NCBI GenBank assembly: GCA_048270185.1
Contig: JBLWTJ010000001.1
Location: 192,001 to 256,000, forward strand
Length of the DNA stretch: 64,000 bases
Direction: 5' to 3'
Source of the DNA: Bacteriovoracaceae bacterium
GTDB lineage: Bacteria; Bdellovibrionota; Bacteriovoracia; Bacteriovoracales; Bacteriovoracaceae
A program made the position numbers and the translations under genes. Each line of letters starts with the position of its first letter. Positions within the stretch are counted from its first letter, which is position 1. Positions 47,978 through 58,700 of the stretch are shown one piece after another. The notes under the pieces are model-generated. The model was not told the DNA's origin and did no database searches. It was given only the letters and a program-made list of their open reading frames with translations.

Positions 47978-48910
47978 ATGAAGTTGATTGGTAGAGGCCT
48001 TACGGCCCTTTTCTTATGTGTCTTCTTAGCACATTCAGTAAGCGCCAGTGTTTTCTCTTTTGGAGAATTGTTATTAAGGCCAGTATTGATTAAGTCAAAG
48101 GTTATTAAAGAGGGGATCTCAGGGGCTTCAATTACAAGCTTAAAGAATTCAATTGAATATAGTGTTCGAACAATTGCGCAAGATCATTCTTCATTAAAAG
48201 AAGGTCTAGAAACAATTCTTTCAAAAGCTTCGAGAGAAGATAAAGACAAAGTTCAAAGAATCATTTCATCACTAGATGCACCAACAGATTCGATAAGCGG
48301 TGAGCGTTTTAAGGCCATCGCAAATGATCTTGCTTATCTTGCAAGTGCATATGGGACACATGCAGATGATATTTTAAGCTGTTCGATCTGTAAGACAGAT
48401 CAACTTGCTTCTCTTGGATATAAGTCAAAGATTGTTAAAGTATCTGATCCTAGTTTAAAGAGAATGATGGTTAGACTTCCAAAGGACCAAGATGCACTTA
48501 ATCGTTATATTGGTCAAAAGTCTAGATCTCTAAAAGTAAAAGATGTTACACGCTACCTTGATAAAGCAGACCGTAAAACACTTGCCTTATTTCTAAGTTT
48601 CAACAATAGAGGAGCGAAGAAAGAGTACGCTGAATTTTATCAAGCAGTAGCTAAGTATAGTTCTGATTCAAATGGTAGGGCGCTATTTGCAGGCCCTGGT
48701 TCTTCGAATCATTTATGGAAAGTTATCGATGGAAAGTTCTCTCCTGAAAAAGCTCAGAAATTAGCAACAGCTATTAATGAAGCTTCACGTGTTCCAGCAT
48801 CAAAGAGAGAAGATGCATTCTTTGATCAGCTTTATAAAGTGAGTGACAAAACTCCTGAGACTAAAGCTAAGATTGAAGAATTAAAAAAGAAGAAATGTCT
48901 GTTTAAATAA
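47978..48910 (+). CDS. Exported hypothetical protein
   Basis: Signal peptide ending VSA; SD GAGGAG; CSIC motif; C-terminal CLFK. Confidence 0.78.
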   Translation: MKLIGRGLTALFLCVFLAHSVSASVFSFGELLLRPVLIKSKVIKEGISGASITSLKNSIEYSVRTIAQDHSSLKEGLETILSKASREDKDKVQRIISSLDAPTDSISGERFKAIANDLAYLASAYGTHADDILSCSICKTDQLASLGYKSKIVKVSDPSLKRMMVRLPKDQDALNRYIGQKSRSLKVKDVTRYLDKADRKTLALFLSFNNRGAKKEYAEFYQAVAKYSSDSNGRALFAGPGSSNHLWKVIDGKFSPEKAQKLATAINEASRVPASKREDAFFDQLYKVSDKTPETKAKIEELKKKKCLFK

Positions 48911-48965
48911 TTTTAGAGCAGGATAAAGAATCAAAGAATAACTTTATGTAATAAAGGCTATATAT

Positions 48966-51900
48966 ATGGAAAACAAAAATAAAAGATTTAAAGATTATTA
49001 CTTGCCAGTTCTTGGTACTGTAGCAATCGGGACTGCTGCGGTTTTTGGAATCTCGCATCTTAAGAGTTATGACTTTCGTAACCCTTCATCGAATGGCGAT
49101 GGAGATTATAAAACTGCATATGAAGCTTGGGCCGACCTTCAATACTCTGGTTCTAGTTATAATGCAAAAGCGATCCTAGTGGGTGGAGAAGCATTACCTG
49201 GAATGACTGGTGGTCTTACATTCGGTGCAGAAAAAGAAGCATCATCAAGTCTTATCACACGTGTTATGTCTCCTTCTAATCAACTTATTAAAAAGAAGAT
49301 TGCAGCATTGTCACAAGAAGATCAAGAAAAGTTTTATCGAGATTTTCTTGAAAATTATGCAAAGGATGCCAATGGATATCGTACGTATCGTAATAAAGAA
49401 GGTTTAAAAGTTGATCTTGCACGCGATGTTGTTGATATTGACGGCAATCCAAAAGTTATCAATCTAGAAGAGCTTAAAGCGACAAATATTGCTGAGGCTG
49501 ACTACGATAAATTAAAGTTAGTATTTGAAAACCTAATTGATCAAATGGAAGACAGGGCAATGACTTTCATAAAGCCTCGTGTTCGTATGAAGTTCTTCGA
49601 TGGTTCACTACCTGGTTTAACTAAGAAATTCTTAGCATATCGATATGACTACAGTGATTGGAAGCCTAACTTTGGTAAGGCCGAAAGATTCCTCGTGGAC
49701 GCCCATGGACACAATGGTGGTGGCGGAGGTTGGGAAATCAACTTTAAGGCACAAAATACATATGGAGAGTTTGAGGAGCTTGTTGCATGGTTTAGAGATG
49801 AATTATCACAAGTCATTAAAGATCCTAAAACTCTTGAAAATAAAGTTAAGCTCTTTCAGGCTCCTGGGCACCAGCGAATGGTATTTGTTAAGCATCCTGA
49901 GCTTGATGAAAGTAAACTCTCAGAGTTCTATCGTACGATTCAATCATATATTGTTCTAAATGGTATTAATGGTGACTCAGGAATTGAGTTTGCGAATTAT
50001 AAGCAAGTACAACCTGAATCGGCGTTGAAAGATCTATATAGTGGGGGACGAGGGGTAATCAGGCCAGATGGAAAGTTTAAGCCTTGGATTGCCAACACAG
50101 GTGGACTTGGAATCGAGTTTAGAGCAGGGACAAAGAACTTAGCTCCTGCTAGATATTATCAAACAACTCTTGGTGCACGCATCGCTGCTAATGACTTTAG
50201 CGGAATTGCTAGTATCGACGATTATAATCTAAATAGTGCTAGCTTTCAGTCGAAGGAAAGTATTGTTGCTCGATTCGGCATTGAAGATGAAGTGGCCGAC
50301 AAGGCACTCAAGGTTCTTGATAAGGCCGGCATTAAACCTGGCTACCGTGTACAGTACTGGGGATGGACCGAAGAAGGTGTTGCTTTTATTGGTGATACAA
50401 AGAGAAAGCTTGTAAAAGATCTAGTAAGGCAATTTACTGAACAAGTTGCGGCCCTTGATATTGAACAGGACCAAGCAGTGCTTAAGCAACAAGTTCGTAA
50501 GATGAATAAGTCTTGGGTTTCAGCATCAAAGCTAATTGATGATCTTGAAAATTATATGAGACCTAAAATGGTTGATTATGATGCATTAACGATGGACTTC
50601 AAGGCCAATGTGGATGCTCCACATCGAATTAATAATCCAGTCGATGTTAATAAGATCGACCTAGGGATTGAGTATTCTGGTAAGTTCCCACTGAGACTTA
50701 AGTCCATAACATCACAAGAGCGAATGGAAGATGGGAAACGTGCATGGGTACAAACTACGGTTGACCTCTCAAGTGAGGATCGTGAAGCGATTATTAAAAA
50801 AGTAGCTCAAGATCTCTTTGAAGAAATTGGTGGCGAAAATGGCGAGGCTCCAGTTAAGCTCGATGTTGACGGCCACGGGCACGGACTTGATGTTGCCTAT
50901 TCTATTCGTGATGATAAGGGCCGTAAGTGGCAAGTCGAGTGGGATGGTATTGGCCGCTCTTATTCGCCGTCTGGTGAAATCATTGGTGAGTCTCCACGTG
51001 GTGGGACAATTGAGCTTATTACGCCTAAGTTTACGCCAACAATTGATGAAGTAGCTTCAGTTTATAAGGCTTTTGAAAAAAATAATGTTCTACCATCGCT
51101 AATGGCCGGTGGTGGTCACGTTAATATTGACCTTGCGGCCTTTGATGGAAAGCCAAAACAACTTGCTCGCTTCTTATCAATCTTTCATGAGCACCGTGGG
51201 ATCATTTCTCTCATGTTCCAACATATTAATCGTTCTCACACGTCTGAGCCTGTTGAAGTAAGTGATACTTTAAGAAATGCACTTAAGAACTTTAACGGAA
51301 GCGAAGAAGAGCTTAAAAAACTTCTCTACAATGAAAGGTATTTTAATACTCGTTTTGGACGTAAGACTCGTTATATTCAATTAGATGTTTCTGCTTATTT
51401 TCAAGATGTTATCCCTGAGCAATTTGTAACAGATGACTTTGATATTTCTAACCCAACAGTTGACTGGCGCCGTACTTTCCGAGTTGATCCAAAGATTAGA
51501 AAGGCCGAGTTTAGAATGTTTAATGCTCCAAGAGATGCCGCAGAGTCTGCTCTACAGATTAAACTAGTACGTGCAATGCTTGATAAAGCACTCAATAGCA
51601 CTGAAGAATTAAGTGGTAAGGTTGATTACACAAGTCATGTTGACTATGTTAAGAAACCTGCTTCTGTTGAAGCTGATCTCAAGAAACTTTGTGATGACTT
51701 AGGCCTTGATATTAATCAATATCGTACATCAGCAATGGAAGGACTATCTATTTCAGAACTTGAAAGTAAGAAGTTATTCTTTAGAAGTCTTGATGAAAAA
51801 ATGGCAATTCACCCACACCAGCCAGGTTGGGGGAATGCAGTTAATGCAAGAAGCAGCGAAGATGCTCTTAATTCAACTGGACGCCAATGGGTTCATGGTG

Positions 51901-52055
51901 CAGCTGATGAAACAAATACAATGGATAATGCTCACCGTGTTCGTGCGGCCCTTGCTGCACAAGAGATGCGTGAAAATACAATTCCTGCGCGAGAAATGCC
52001 GGGAGAATTTATTAGAACAAATAGTTGCCAGGAATTAATTAACGAAATTCTATAA
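48966..52055 (+). CDS. Membrane-anchored or exported protein with two tandem amidoligase (COOH-NH2 ligase type 2) domains
   Basis: Domain 2: LGIEY, TIELITP, GGGHVNI, RY, AEFRMF. Domain 1: TFGAE, WEINF, PGHQR, IEFRAG. N-terminal hydrophobic helix. Confidence 0.7.
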   Translation: MENKNKRFKDYYLPVLGTVAIGTAAVFGISHLKSYDFRNPSSNGDGDYKTAYEAWADLQYSGSSYNAKAILVGGEALPGMTGGLTFGAEKEASSSLITRVMSPSNQLIKKKIAALSQEDQEKFYRDFLENYAKDANGYRTYRNKEGLKVDLARDVVDIDGNPKVINLEELKATNIAEADYDKLKLVFENLIDQMEDRAMTFIKPRVRMKFFDGSLPGLTKKFLAYRYDYSDWKPNFGKAERFLVDAHGHNGGGGGWEINFKAQNTYGEFEELVAWFRDELSQVIKDPKTLENKVKLFQAPGHQRMVFVKHPELDESKLSEFYRTIQSYIVLNGINGDSGIEFANYKQVQPESALKDLYSGGRGVIRPDGKFKPWIANTGGLGIEFRAGTKNLAPARYYQTTLGARIAANDFSGIASIDDYNLNSASFQSKESIVARFGIEDEVADKALKVLDKAGIKPGYRVQYWGWTEEGVAFIGDTKRKLVKDLVRQFTEQVAALDIEQDQAVLKQQVRKMNKSWVSASKLIDDLENYMRPKMVDYDALTMDFKANVDAPHRINNPVDVNKIDLGIEYSGKFPLRLKSITSQERMEDGKRAWVQTTVDLSSEDREAIIKKVAQDLFEEIGGENGEAPVKLDVDGHGHGLDVAYSIRDDKGRKWQVEWDGIGRSYSPSGEIIGESPRGGTIELITPKFTPTIDEVASVYKAFEKNNVLPSLMAGGGHVNIDLAAFDGKPKQLARFLSIFHEHRGIISLMFQHINRSHTSEPVEVSDTLRNALKNFNGSEEELKKLLYNERYFNTRFGRKTRYIQLDVSAYFQDVIPEQFVTDDFDISNPTVDWRRTFRVDPKIRKAEFRMFNAPRDAAESALQIKLVRAMLDKALNSTEELSGKVDYTSHVDYVKKPASVEADLKKLCDDLGLDINQYRTSAMEGLSISELESKKLFFRSLDEKMAIHPHQPGWGNAVNARSSEDALNSTGRQWVHGAADETNTMDNAHRVRAALAAQEMRENTIPAREMPGEFIRTNSCQELINEIL

Positions 52056-52058
52056 ATT

Positions 52059-52090
52059 AAAAGGGGCCCTACTTATTGGGCCCCTTTTTT
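52059..52090. terminator. Bidirectional Rho-independent terminator
   Basis: AAAAGGGGCCC-TACTTATT-GGGCCCCTTTTTT. Confidence 0.9.
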
Positions 52091-52442
52091 ATGCTTGTAA
52101 ATCTTGAATATAATCCATGAAAACTTTATGCCTTATTGGCTTATAAAGTATATCGTGCCCACCCATTCTTTTTACCTCATCCAGAGATACCTCTTGGTGT
52201 GCAGTAACAAAGACAAATTTTTTGAAGTCGAGACCCTCATTAATTAGGTTTTTTAAAAATTCAATTCCATTCATCTTTGGCATACGAATATCTGAGAAAA
52301 TATAGTCAAATTGACTATGTTTTACTTTTTCTAAAGCTTCTTCACCGTTATAAGCTACCTCATAGTCTAAACCGATACGGTCAAACATGTATTGGTAGAG
52401 CTCAACTAATTCAACTTCGTCTTCAACAAATAAAAATCTCAA
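52089..52442 (-). CDS. Single-domain response regulator
   Basis: FVEDE, SDIRMPKMNG, KP motifs. Confidence 0.9.
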   Translation of the reverse strand: MRFLFVEDEVELVELYQYMFDRIGLDYEVAYNGEEALEKVKHSQFDYIFSDIRMPKMNGIEFLKNLINEGLDFKKFVFVTAHQEVSLDEVKRMGGHDILYKPIRHKVFMDYIQDLQA

Positions 52443-52545
52443 ATTGCGTATCCTGTTGTGTATGTAGCGTCTGCAACTGAGTTATCATAGATAATTTTTA
52501 TGTAATTATCAAGTAATTTAGTTTGATGATGTAAACAATTTATAA

Positions 52546-54138
52546 TTATTTGAAATCATTTGTCTTAAAGAATTCCACATCAGCATATTTTTCCGTGGCC
52601 AATTTTAGATCCCATTCTGTACGGTAAATAAAGCAAGGTCGATCTTTAATATCAAAGGCAATATTTGAACTATAACGCGAAATAAACTCGTCTTTGATCT
52701 TCTCATTTGGAAATTTAATCCATCGAATCCCGTTATAAGGAAAGCCCTCATAATCTCCTTTAACATTATATTCGTCTTCGAGACGACGCTGAACAACTTC
52801 AAACTGTAGTGCACCAACAGCACCTAAGATTTTCTCAGTCGAATTATGTCGTCTAAAAAGCTGAACGGAGCCTTCTTCTGAAAGTTGTTGTAACCCCTTA
52901 TCAAGTTGTTTTCCTTTCATCGGATCTTTTAAAAGAACACGTTTGAATAATTCTGGAGCAAAACTTGGTATTCCTGTAAATTGCATGATTTCACCATCTG
53001 TGAAGGTATCACCAATTTGTAACTTCCCTGAGTCGTGAATACCAATGATATCACCTGGAATTGCATACTCTGTTATTTCTCGATCTTGTGCTTGAAAGAT
53101 TAAAGGAGTGGCAATTTTTAATTCCTTTCCCGTTCTCGCTAGAGTTACTTTTTGTCCTCTTTCAAATCTTCCAGAACAAACGCGGATAAAGGCGACGCGG
53201 TCTCTGTGTTTCTTATCCATATTGGCCTGAATCTTAAAAACAAAACCACTGAACTTCTTTTCACTTGGATCGACCATGCGTGTCTCACCACTTTCAATTG
53301 GGGCCGTAATAACCTCACGCTTACCAGGGCCAGGAGCGTATTTTGAGAATGTATCAATTACTTCTTTTACACCAAAGTTATTAAGTGCAGAGCCAAAATA
53401 CATTGGCGTCATTATCCCAGCTAAGAATTCTTCTTCGTTAAATTCTGGCATAAGTTCTTCAATCATTAAGAGATCTTCTTCTAGTTTTTCTAGCAGGCTA
53501 GCTCCAACAAAATCTTTTACATGTGAAGCTGTTAAATCACTTGCATCAATGATTGTTGGACTAAATGGATCTTGAGCATCTTTAAAGCTCATAATTGTCT
53601 TATTTCTGAGGTCGTAAACACCTTTGAAGTCGACACCCGAGCCGATTGGCCAAGTCATAGGCACACATTGAATTGAACATGTCTTTTCAACGTCATCAAT
53701 TAGTTCAAATGGATCAAGAGCATCGCGATCAAATTTATTACAGAAGGAAACAATTGGCGTATCTCGCATACGACATACTTCCATAAGCTTCTTAGTCTGT
53801 GTTTCAACACCTTTTGCAGAGTCAATCATCATAAGAACACTTTCAACCGCTGTCAGTGTTCGGTAGGTATCTTCTGAGAAATCCTTGTGACCTGGTGTAT
53901 CTAAAAGGTGCATCGCTCGATTATTATATGGAAATGACATAACAGAAGAAGTAATCGAGATACCACGCTCTTTCTCCATCTCCATCCAGTCAGACTTAGC
54001 GTAGTTTCCTTGCTTACTTTTAACCATACCGACACTTCGCACAACTTGACCAAACCAAAGTAGTTTCTCCGTCATTGTTGTCTTACCAGCATCCGGGTGA
54101 GAGATAATTGCAAATGTTGCACGCTTTAAGTCTTCCAT
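52546..54138 (-). CDS. prfC: Peptide chain release factor 3
   Basis: FAIISHPDAGKTT, SDWMEMEKERGIS, DTPGHKDFSEDTYR, FKIQANMD..HRDR. Confidence 0.97.
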   Translation of the reverse strand: MEDLKRATFAIISHPDAGKTTMTEKLLWFGQVVRSVGMVKSKQGNYAKSDWMEMEKERGISITSSVMSFPYNNRAMHLLDTPGHKDFSEDTYRTLTAVESVLMMIDSAKGVETQTKKLMEVCRMRDTPIVSFCNKFDRDALDPFELIDDVEKTCSIQCVPMTWPIGSGVDFKGVYDLRNKTIMSFKDAQDPFSPTIIDASDLTASHVKDFVGASLLEKLEEDLLMIEELMPEFNEEEFLAGIMTPMYFGSALNNFGVKEVIDTFSKYAPGPGKREVITAPIESGETRMVDPSEKKFSGFVFKIQANMDKKHRDRVAFIRVCSGRFERGQKVTLARTGKELKIATPLIFQAQDREITEYAIPGDIIGIHDSGKLQIGDTFTDGEIMQFTGIPSFAPELFKRVLLKDPMKGKQLDKGLQQLSEEGSVQLFRRHNSTEKILGAVGALQFEVVQRRLEDEYNVKGDYEGFPYNGIRWIKFPNEKIKDEFISRYSSNIAFDIKDRPCFIYRTEWDLKLATEKYADVEFFKTNDFK

Positions 54139-54331
54139 CTTTATTCCTAAATATAATTATTAACTGCAGCATATATAACACTTAATCAATTAATTGAATA
54201 GCTTACAACTAATCTTATTTATATTTTAATTTTAATCAAGTACTCAAGTTGTGCATAATCTCTGTAAACAATTTTATGTGAGATTAGTTAGCAATATTAA
54301 CTATTTAAGGAGTATTTATTAATTAATCAAA

Positions 54332-54357
54332 GGTAGCCTGAAACGGGGTCCAATCCA
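54332..54357. mobile_element. Possible isolated IS3-family terminal inverted repeat (scar)
   Basis: Reverse complement TGGATTGGACCCCGTTTCAGGCTACC has the TG..A.TG..CCCC look of IS3-family ends and sits exactly where cytochrome similarity stops. Confidence 0.45.
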
Positions 54358-55422
54358 CAGTGTCATACCCCTGAATATTCACAACCTTCTCATACACAAC
54401 ATAAGGCGAATGCTAATTTTAACTGTATGGATTGTCATATGCTTAAGAAAGCCTACATGGGAATCGATATGAGGGCCGACCATAAATTCGTTATTCCACG
54501 CCCTGATTATACTCTTAAGTATGGTGGTCCAAATAGTTGTACAAATTGTCATGGTGATAAGTCTAAGGTTGAAATGGATAAGCTCTTTAGAACTAAGTTT
54601 AATAATCTAAAAACGAAAGACTCTCTACTTGAAATTATTGGAGAAATTCAAAAAGGAAATTTTAAGAATAAAAATGAACTTCTAGGATTTATTAAAGATT
54701 CAAATAATGCGCAAATGAGAAGGGCCTATGCCATAAGTTTTCTACGTGAATTTCATAGTATGAAGGCCCAGGATTATAACTCGTTATTAAGCGATTCGTC
54801 TGTGCTTGTGGTTCAAGCGACTCTGGAGCTCTTAGCAAATTTTCCTGATATCAAACAACTCCAAGACAGTGTTTTAAAACTTACAAGTCATAAGTATAAA
54901 ACAATCTCATATAGTACTGATAGTATGCTAAAGCTCGCTTCTCTTTCTCGCTTCGGATATGTTGCAAAATCTCCCGCTAAATTTTACGAGGATTCAGTTA
55001 AACGCTTCCCATACTTTCTTCCAGCGTATGTGAATCTGGCCGATTTGCATCGTCAAGTTGGTAATGAGGCACAGTCTCTTCAAATATTAAAGGATGCTTT
55101 TTCTAAGAATCCACAAGATGCAAGCTTACTTGTGGCACTTGGAATGTATCATATAAGAATTAGAGATTATCATATGGCCATTGATCTCTTTGATTCGGCC
55201 AGCAAGTACGAGCCTGAAAATCCATACTTTCGCTATCTCTATATACTGACTTACAAAGAACTGTATGGTGCTAAGAAAGCATTTTCTCAAGCAAAGTTAT
55301 ATGAATCCAAATACGAGGGGAGTTTCCTCTTTAATCAATTACTATTCGCTCTTAGCGTTGAGCTACAAGATGTCGAAAATGTTAAATTTTATTCTTCAAA
55401 AATAAATAAATTTAGGCAGTAA
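54358..55422 (+). pseudogene. 5'-truncated multiheme cytochrome c / HEAT-TPR protein
   Basis: The frame upstream of ATG 54427 reads QCH...H..H...CMDCHM, so the ATG lies inside a CxxCH motif. Next come DH...PRPD, PNSCTNCH and TPR-like helices. In-frame TAG at 54334; no signal peptide. Confidence 0.75.
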
Positions 55423-55474
55423 TGGCATCTGTTAAATTTGCCTATGTAAATATTACAAAGGGCGTAGACGTAGG

Positions 55475-55503
55475 TTGTAAGTTCAAAATTAGCGTCGTAT
55501 AAA
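55475..55503 (+). promoter_or_regulatory. Sigma70-type promoter
   Basis: TTGTAA-N17-TATAAA; predicted start near 55510. Confidence 0.6.
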
Positions 55504-55509
55504 ACGGGC

Positions 55510-55690
55510 ATAACTGTAGCAGGGATTGATGAATAAACATATTGTTAAAGTTGTGTTGTTGTTCTTTGTTCCCCAAATTCGTGTTAATTTTCGTGTTGTT
55601 GTTATTCTCGAATTATTCGTATGTTTTTCAATCTCTGCTACTTTCTATATATAAAAAACGCCAGTTTCATACTGGCGTTTTCTTTTTTTT
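55510..55690 (+). ncRNA. Candidate small RNA, or small-peptide mRNA (ORF 55529..55654)
   Basis: Own promoter and terminator; 14-bp stem 55516-55529/55628-55641 with a G-U pair on the plus strand; two GTGTTGTTGTT repeats inside. Confidence 0.55.
55653..55690. terminator. Bidirectional Rho-independent terminator
   Basis: AAAAAACGCCAGT-TTCAT-ACTGGCGTTTTCTTTTTTTT. Confidence 0.9.
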
Positions 55691-55717
55691 CTTTATTTTA
55701 TTTATTTTTCGTCAATT

Positions 55718-58700
55718 TTATTTCGCTTGATGCTTTTCTCTAATCATTGCAATTACGTCATGAACATTTGTATGACGAAGTTTCTTTGGTGAGATTTCAT
55801 CTGTTGGAAGTTCCCATAACTTATTAAGTTCTGTGTAGAATTTTAGATTCTTATTGGCCCAAACTTCATCAACTTTTCCTACCGCAGTAAAATGAGGAGC
55901 TGTTTGTAATACTTCAGGTGAGTCTGATAGAACATTCTTAATTGCCACTAAAACTTCTGCAAAATCATCTAATTCTTTCTTTGTGAAAGATTCAGTTGGT
56001 TCAATCATTAGTCCGAATACTTCAGGGAAAGCAACAGTTGGGGCATGAAGACCAAAGTCTAAGAATAGTTTTCCTACTTTTGCTATAATCTGATTCTTAA
56101 GAGTTCCTGACTTTTCAATGTGTGAGAACATGTCATCACTAAGAGTAATGATGAACTCGTGCATTCTTGGTGTTTTATCTGCACCATGAGGTAGCATTGG
56201 ATATACATCTTTAAGTTTATTAAAGAGGTAGCGTGCACTAAGGACTGCTATTTCACTCATCGTTACAACACCATCTTGTCCTAAGGCCTTTAGGTAAGTA
56301 TAGGCGCGAACTTTGTGAGCTACGTTCCCATCATGGCGATGAAAATCTCCAATGCACTTAGATGCACGAACTTTTTTGAAGCTTCCATCAGCTAGTTTTT
56401 CTATTTGTGTACCAGGAATATAGTCGATAAGTTTATTACTTACTGCTACGATTGCATCACCTGGGCCTCCTCCACCGTGCGGAATTGTCCAAGTTTTGTG
56501 AAGGTTATTATGGCAAGCATCGACGCCAAGCTTTTCAAGTGAGACGATTCCCGCAATCGCATTCATATTAGCGCCGTCCATATAAACGAGTCCGTCAACA
56601 GAGTGAATTAGATCAGCAACTTCTTTGAAGTTTTCTTCAAAAACACCAGCTGTATTTGGATTGGTTACCATGATACCAGCGATTCTTTCACCATCAGTTT
56701 TAATGATCTCTTTTAGTTGTTCAAGATCGATTTGACCTCTTTCATCTGCATCTAGTGTAATGATTCCTACTTGTTTACCATCGACACGGCCTGGAACAAA
56801 TCCAGCAACAGCTGCTGTCGCAGGGTTGGTACCATGTGCTGAACGAGGAATTAGAATAGTATTTTTAACTTCTCCATTGCCTTTGTCTGCATGGTAGGCT
56901 TGAAACATCTTTATTCCGACAAGCTCTCCTTGGGCACCTGCAACTGCTTGAGTAACAACACCAGGTAGACCTGTGATGGCCTTGAAATCTTCTTGTATTT
57001 CATGAAGTAACTCAAGTGTACCTTGAGTGAATTTATCATCTAGGTCTGGGTGTGCCATTGTAAAGCCACTAAGACCTGCGGCCCAGTCGTTAACATATGG
57101 ATTATATTTCATTGTACATGAGCCAAGAGGGTAGATTGCATCATCTGGTGATACGTTTAAGCTTCCACATTTATCATAGAATGCTTTCACTTCTTCGAGA
57201 GGAAATTGTGCAATACCCGGAGCTTCTAATCGAAGATTATTAACAGGGATTTCAGGTAGGAAGATTTCTGCTTCTTCATTTTCGCTAAAATTCTTATTAA
57301 AGACTTCAATTAGTGCAGTAAGTTCTTCTTGTGATTGTATATCACCGAAAGATACTTTAAGAAGATTTCCTGCAAGTCCATGACGGCCAGAAATATTCTT
57401 TCCAATAACAATCTCACTACTTTTATTAATTAGTGAATCAAGATCACCTTCAATCTTTAATACAACTTCATTGTAGAATGGTGCTGCAAAAGCAAGCTCA
57501 ACACCATTTAGTCCTAGAACTTGAGAAGTGAAGTTAATTGCATTCTGCCTTGAAGTTTCAAGTTTTGCCGCAAGACCTTCGTCTCCAAGAGCTAGAAGTG
57601 AGGCACCTGCAATCGTTGCTACAAACGATTGATTTGAACAAATATTACTTGTCGCTTTCTCTCGGCGAATATGTTGCTCACGAGTTGAAAGAACCATGGC
57701 AAGACATTCATTATTATTCATGTCAACAGCGTTACCTACGTAGCGGCCTGCTGTTTGGCGAATTTCATTCTTATTCTTTTCATTAAAACGGATTCCAAAG
57801 ATTCCAAGCCCTGGGCCACCATAATTTGCATCGAGACAAAGGTGTTGTCCTTCACCAACGATCATTGTTGTCCCTTGTTTGTTTGTACCATAAACACTTG
57901 GCTTCTTCAGTCCACCTTTTGCAAGTAGCATCGGATCGATGATAGCAATAGAATAGACGTCGTGTTCTGTACACAGGTCTGTAAGTGCATCAACATCTTC
58001 TAGTAATCCTAGAGAGTTTACTTGGCCAAAGGCAAAGCAAGCAATGTCATTAGTTGATGTAATGATTTCGCGAGCTTTATCGATATCAATTAAACCGCTT
58101 TCTTTATTAATTGGAGCATAAATAATCTCAAGTCCTGTGTGGGCAGCATTTGTTTCTAATACACTTCTGTCTTGAGGATAAATGGCCTCACTAACTAAGA
58201 CTTTATTTTTCTTTTTAGCTAATCTAAGACCTGTCTTTAATGCTTCATATAGACAAGTTGATCTCTCATATAGAGACGAGTTGATAGCTTCAAAACCTGT
58301 TAGGGCAGTAAGGGCACTAGAGTAAATCCAAAGTGTGTTTAATGTACCTTGGCTTCTTTCTGGTTGGTATGGTGTATAGGCCGTTGTCAGTCCCCTAATA
58401 TTACAAACATAAGGAACAATGTCGTGAATTTTAAATTGTGGCAGCCCATCTCCCAAGAAATTTGTAGGGATGTTATTCTTCTTTGCAAGTTCATCAAGAC
58501 GCTCAACTAGTTGATCGTAAGATAGTCCAGCAGCTAGAGGAATCTTTTCACTGAACTTCACATCGTCTTTTATATGGTTGAATAATTCTTTGGTATTACT
58601 TAAGCCTAGGGTTGCTAGCATTTCTTTTATATCTTCGTCACTGGCGCTGATATAATTCTTTGCTAATTCGCGATTAATTTCGCCCTTTAAACTTCTTGGA

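Noticed and set aside
55510..55690. 6S RNA or glycine riboswitch
   Set aside because: There is no second long stem as needed for the 6S rod, and it lies downstream of gcvP on the opposite strand without glycine aptamer motifs.
55542..55730. 62-aa hydrophobic ORF in the track
   Set aside because: TTG start without an SD; it runs through the terminator and into the gcvP stop.
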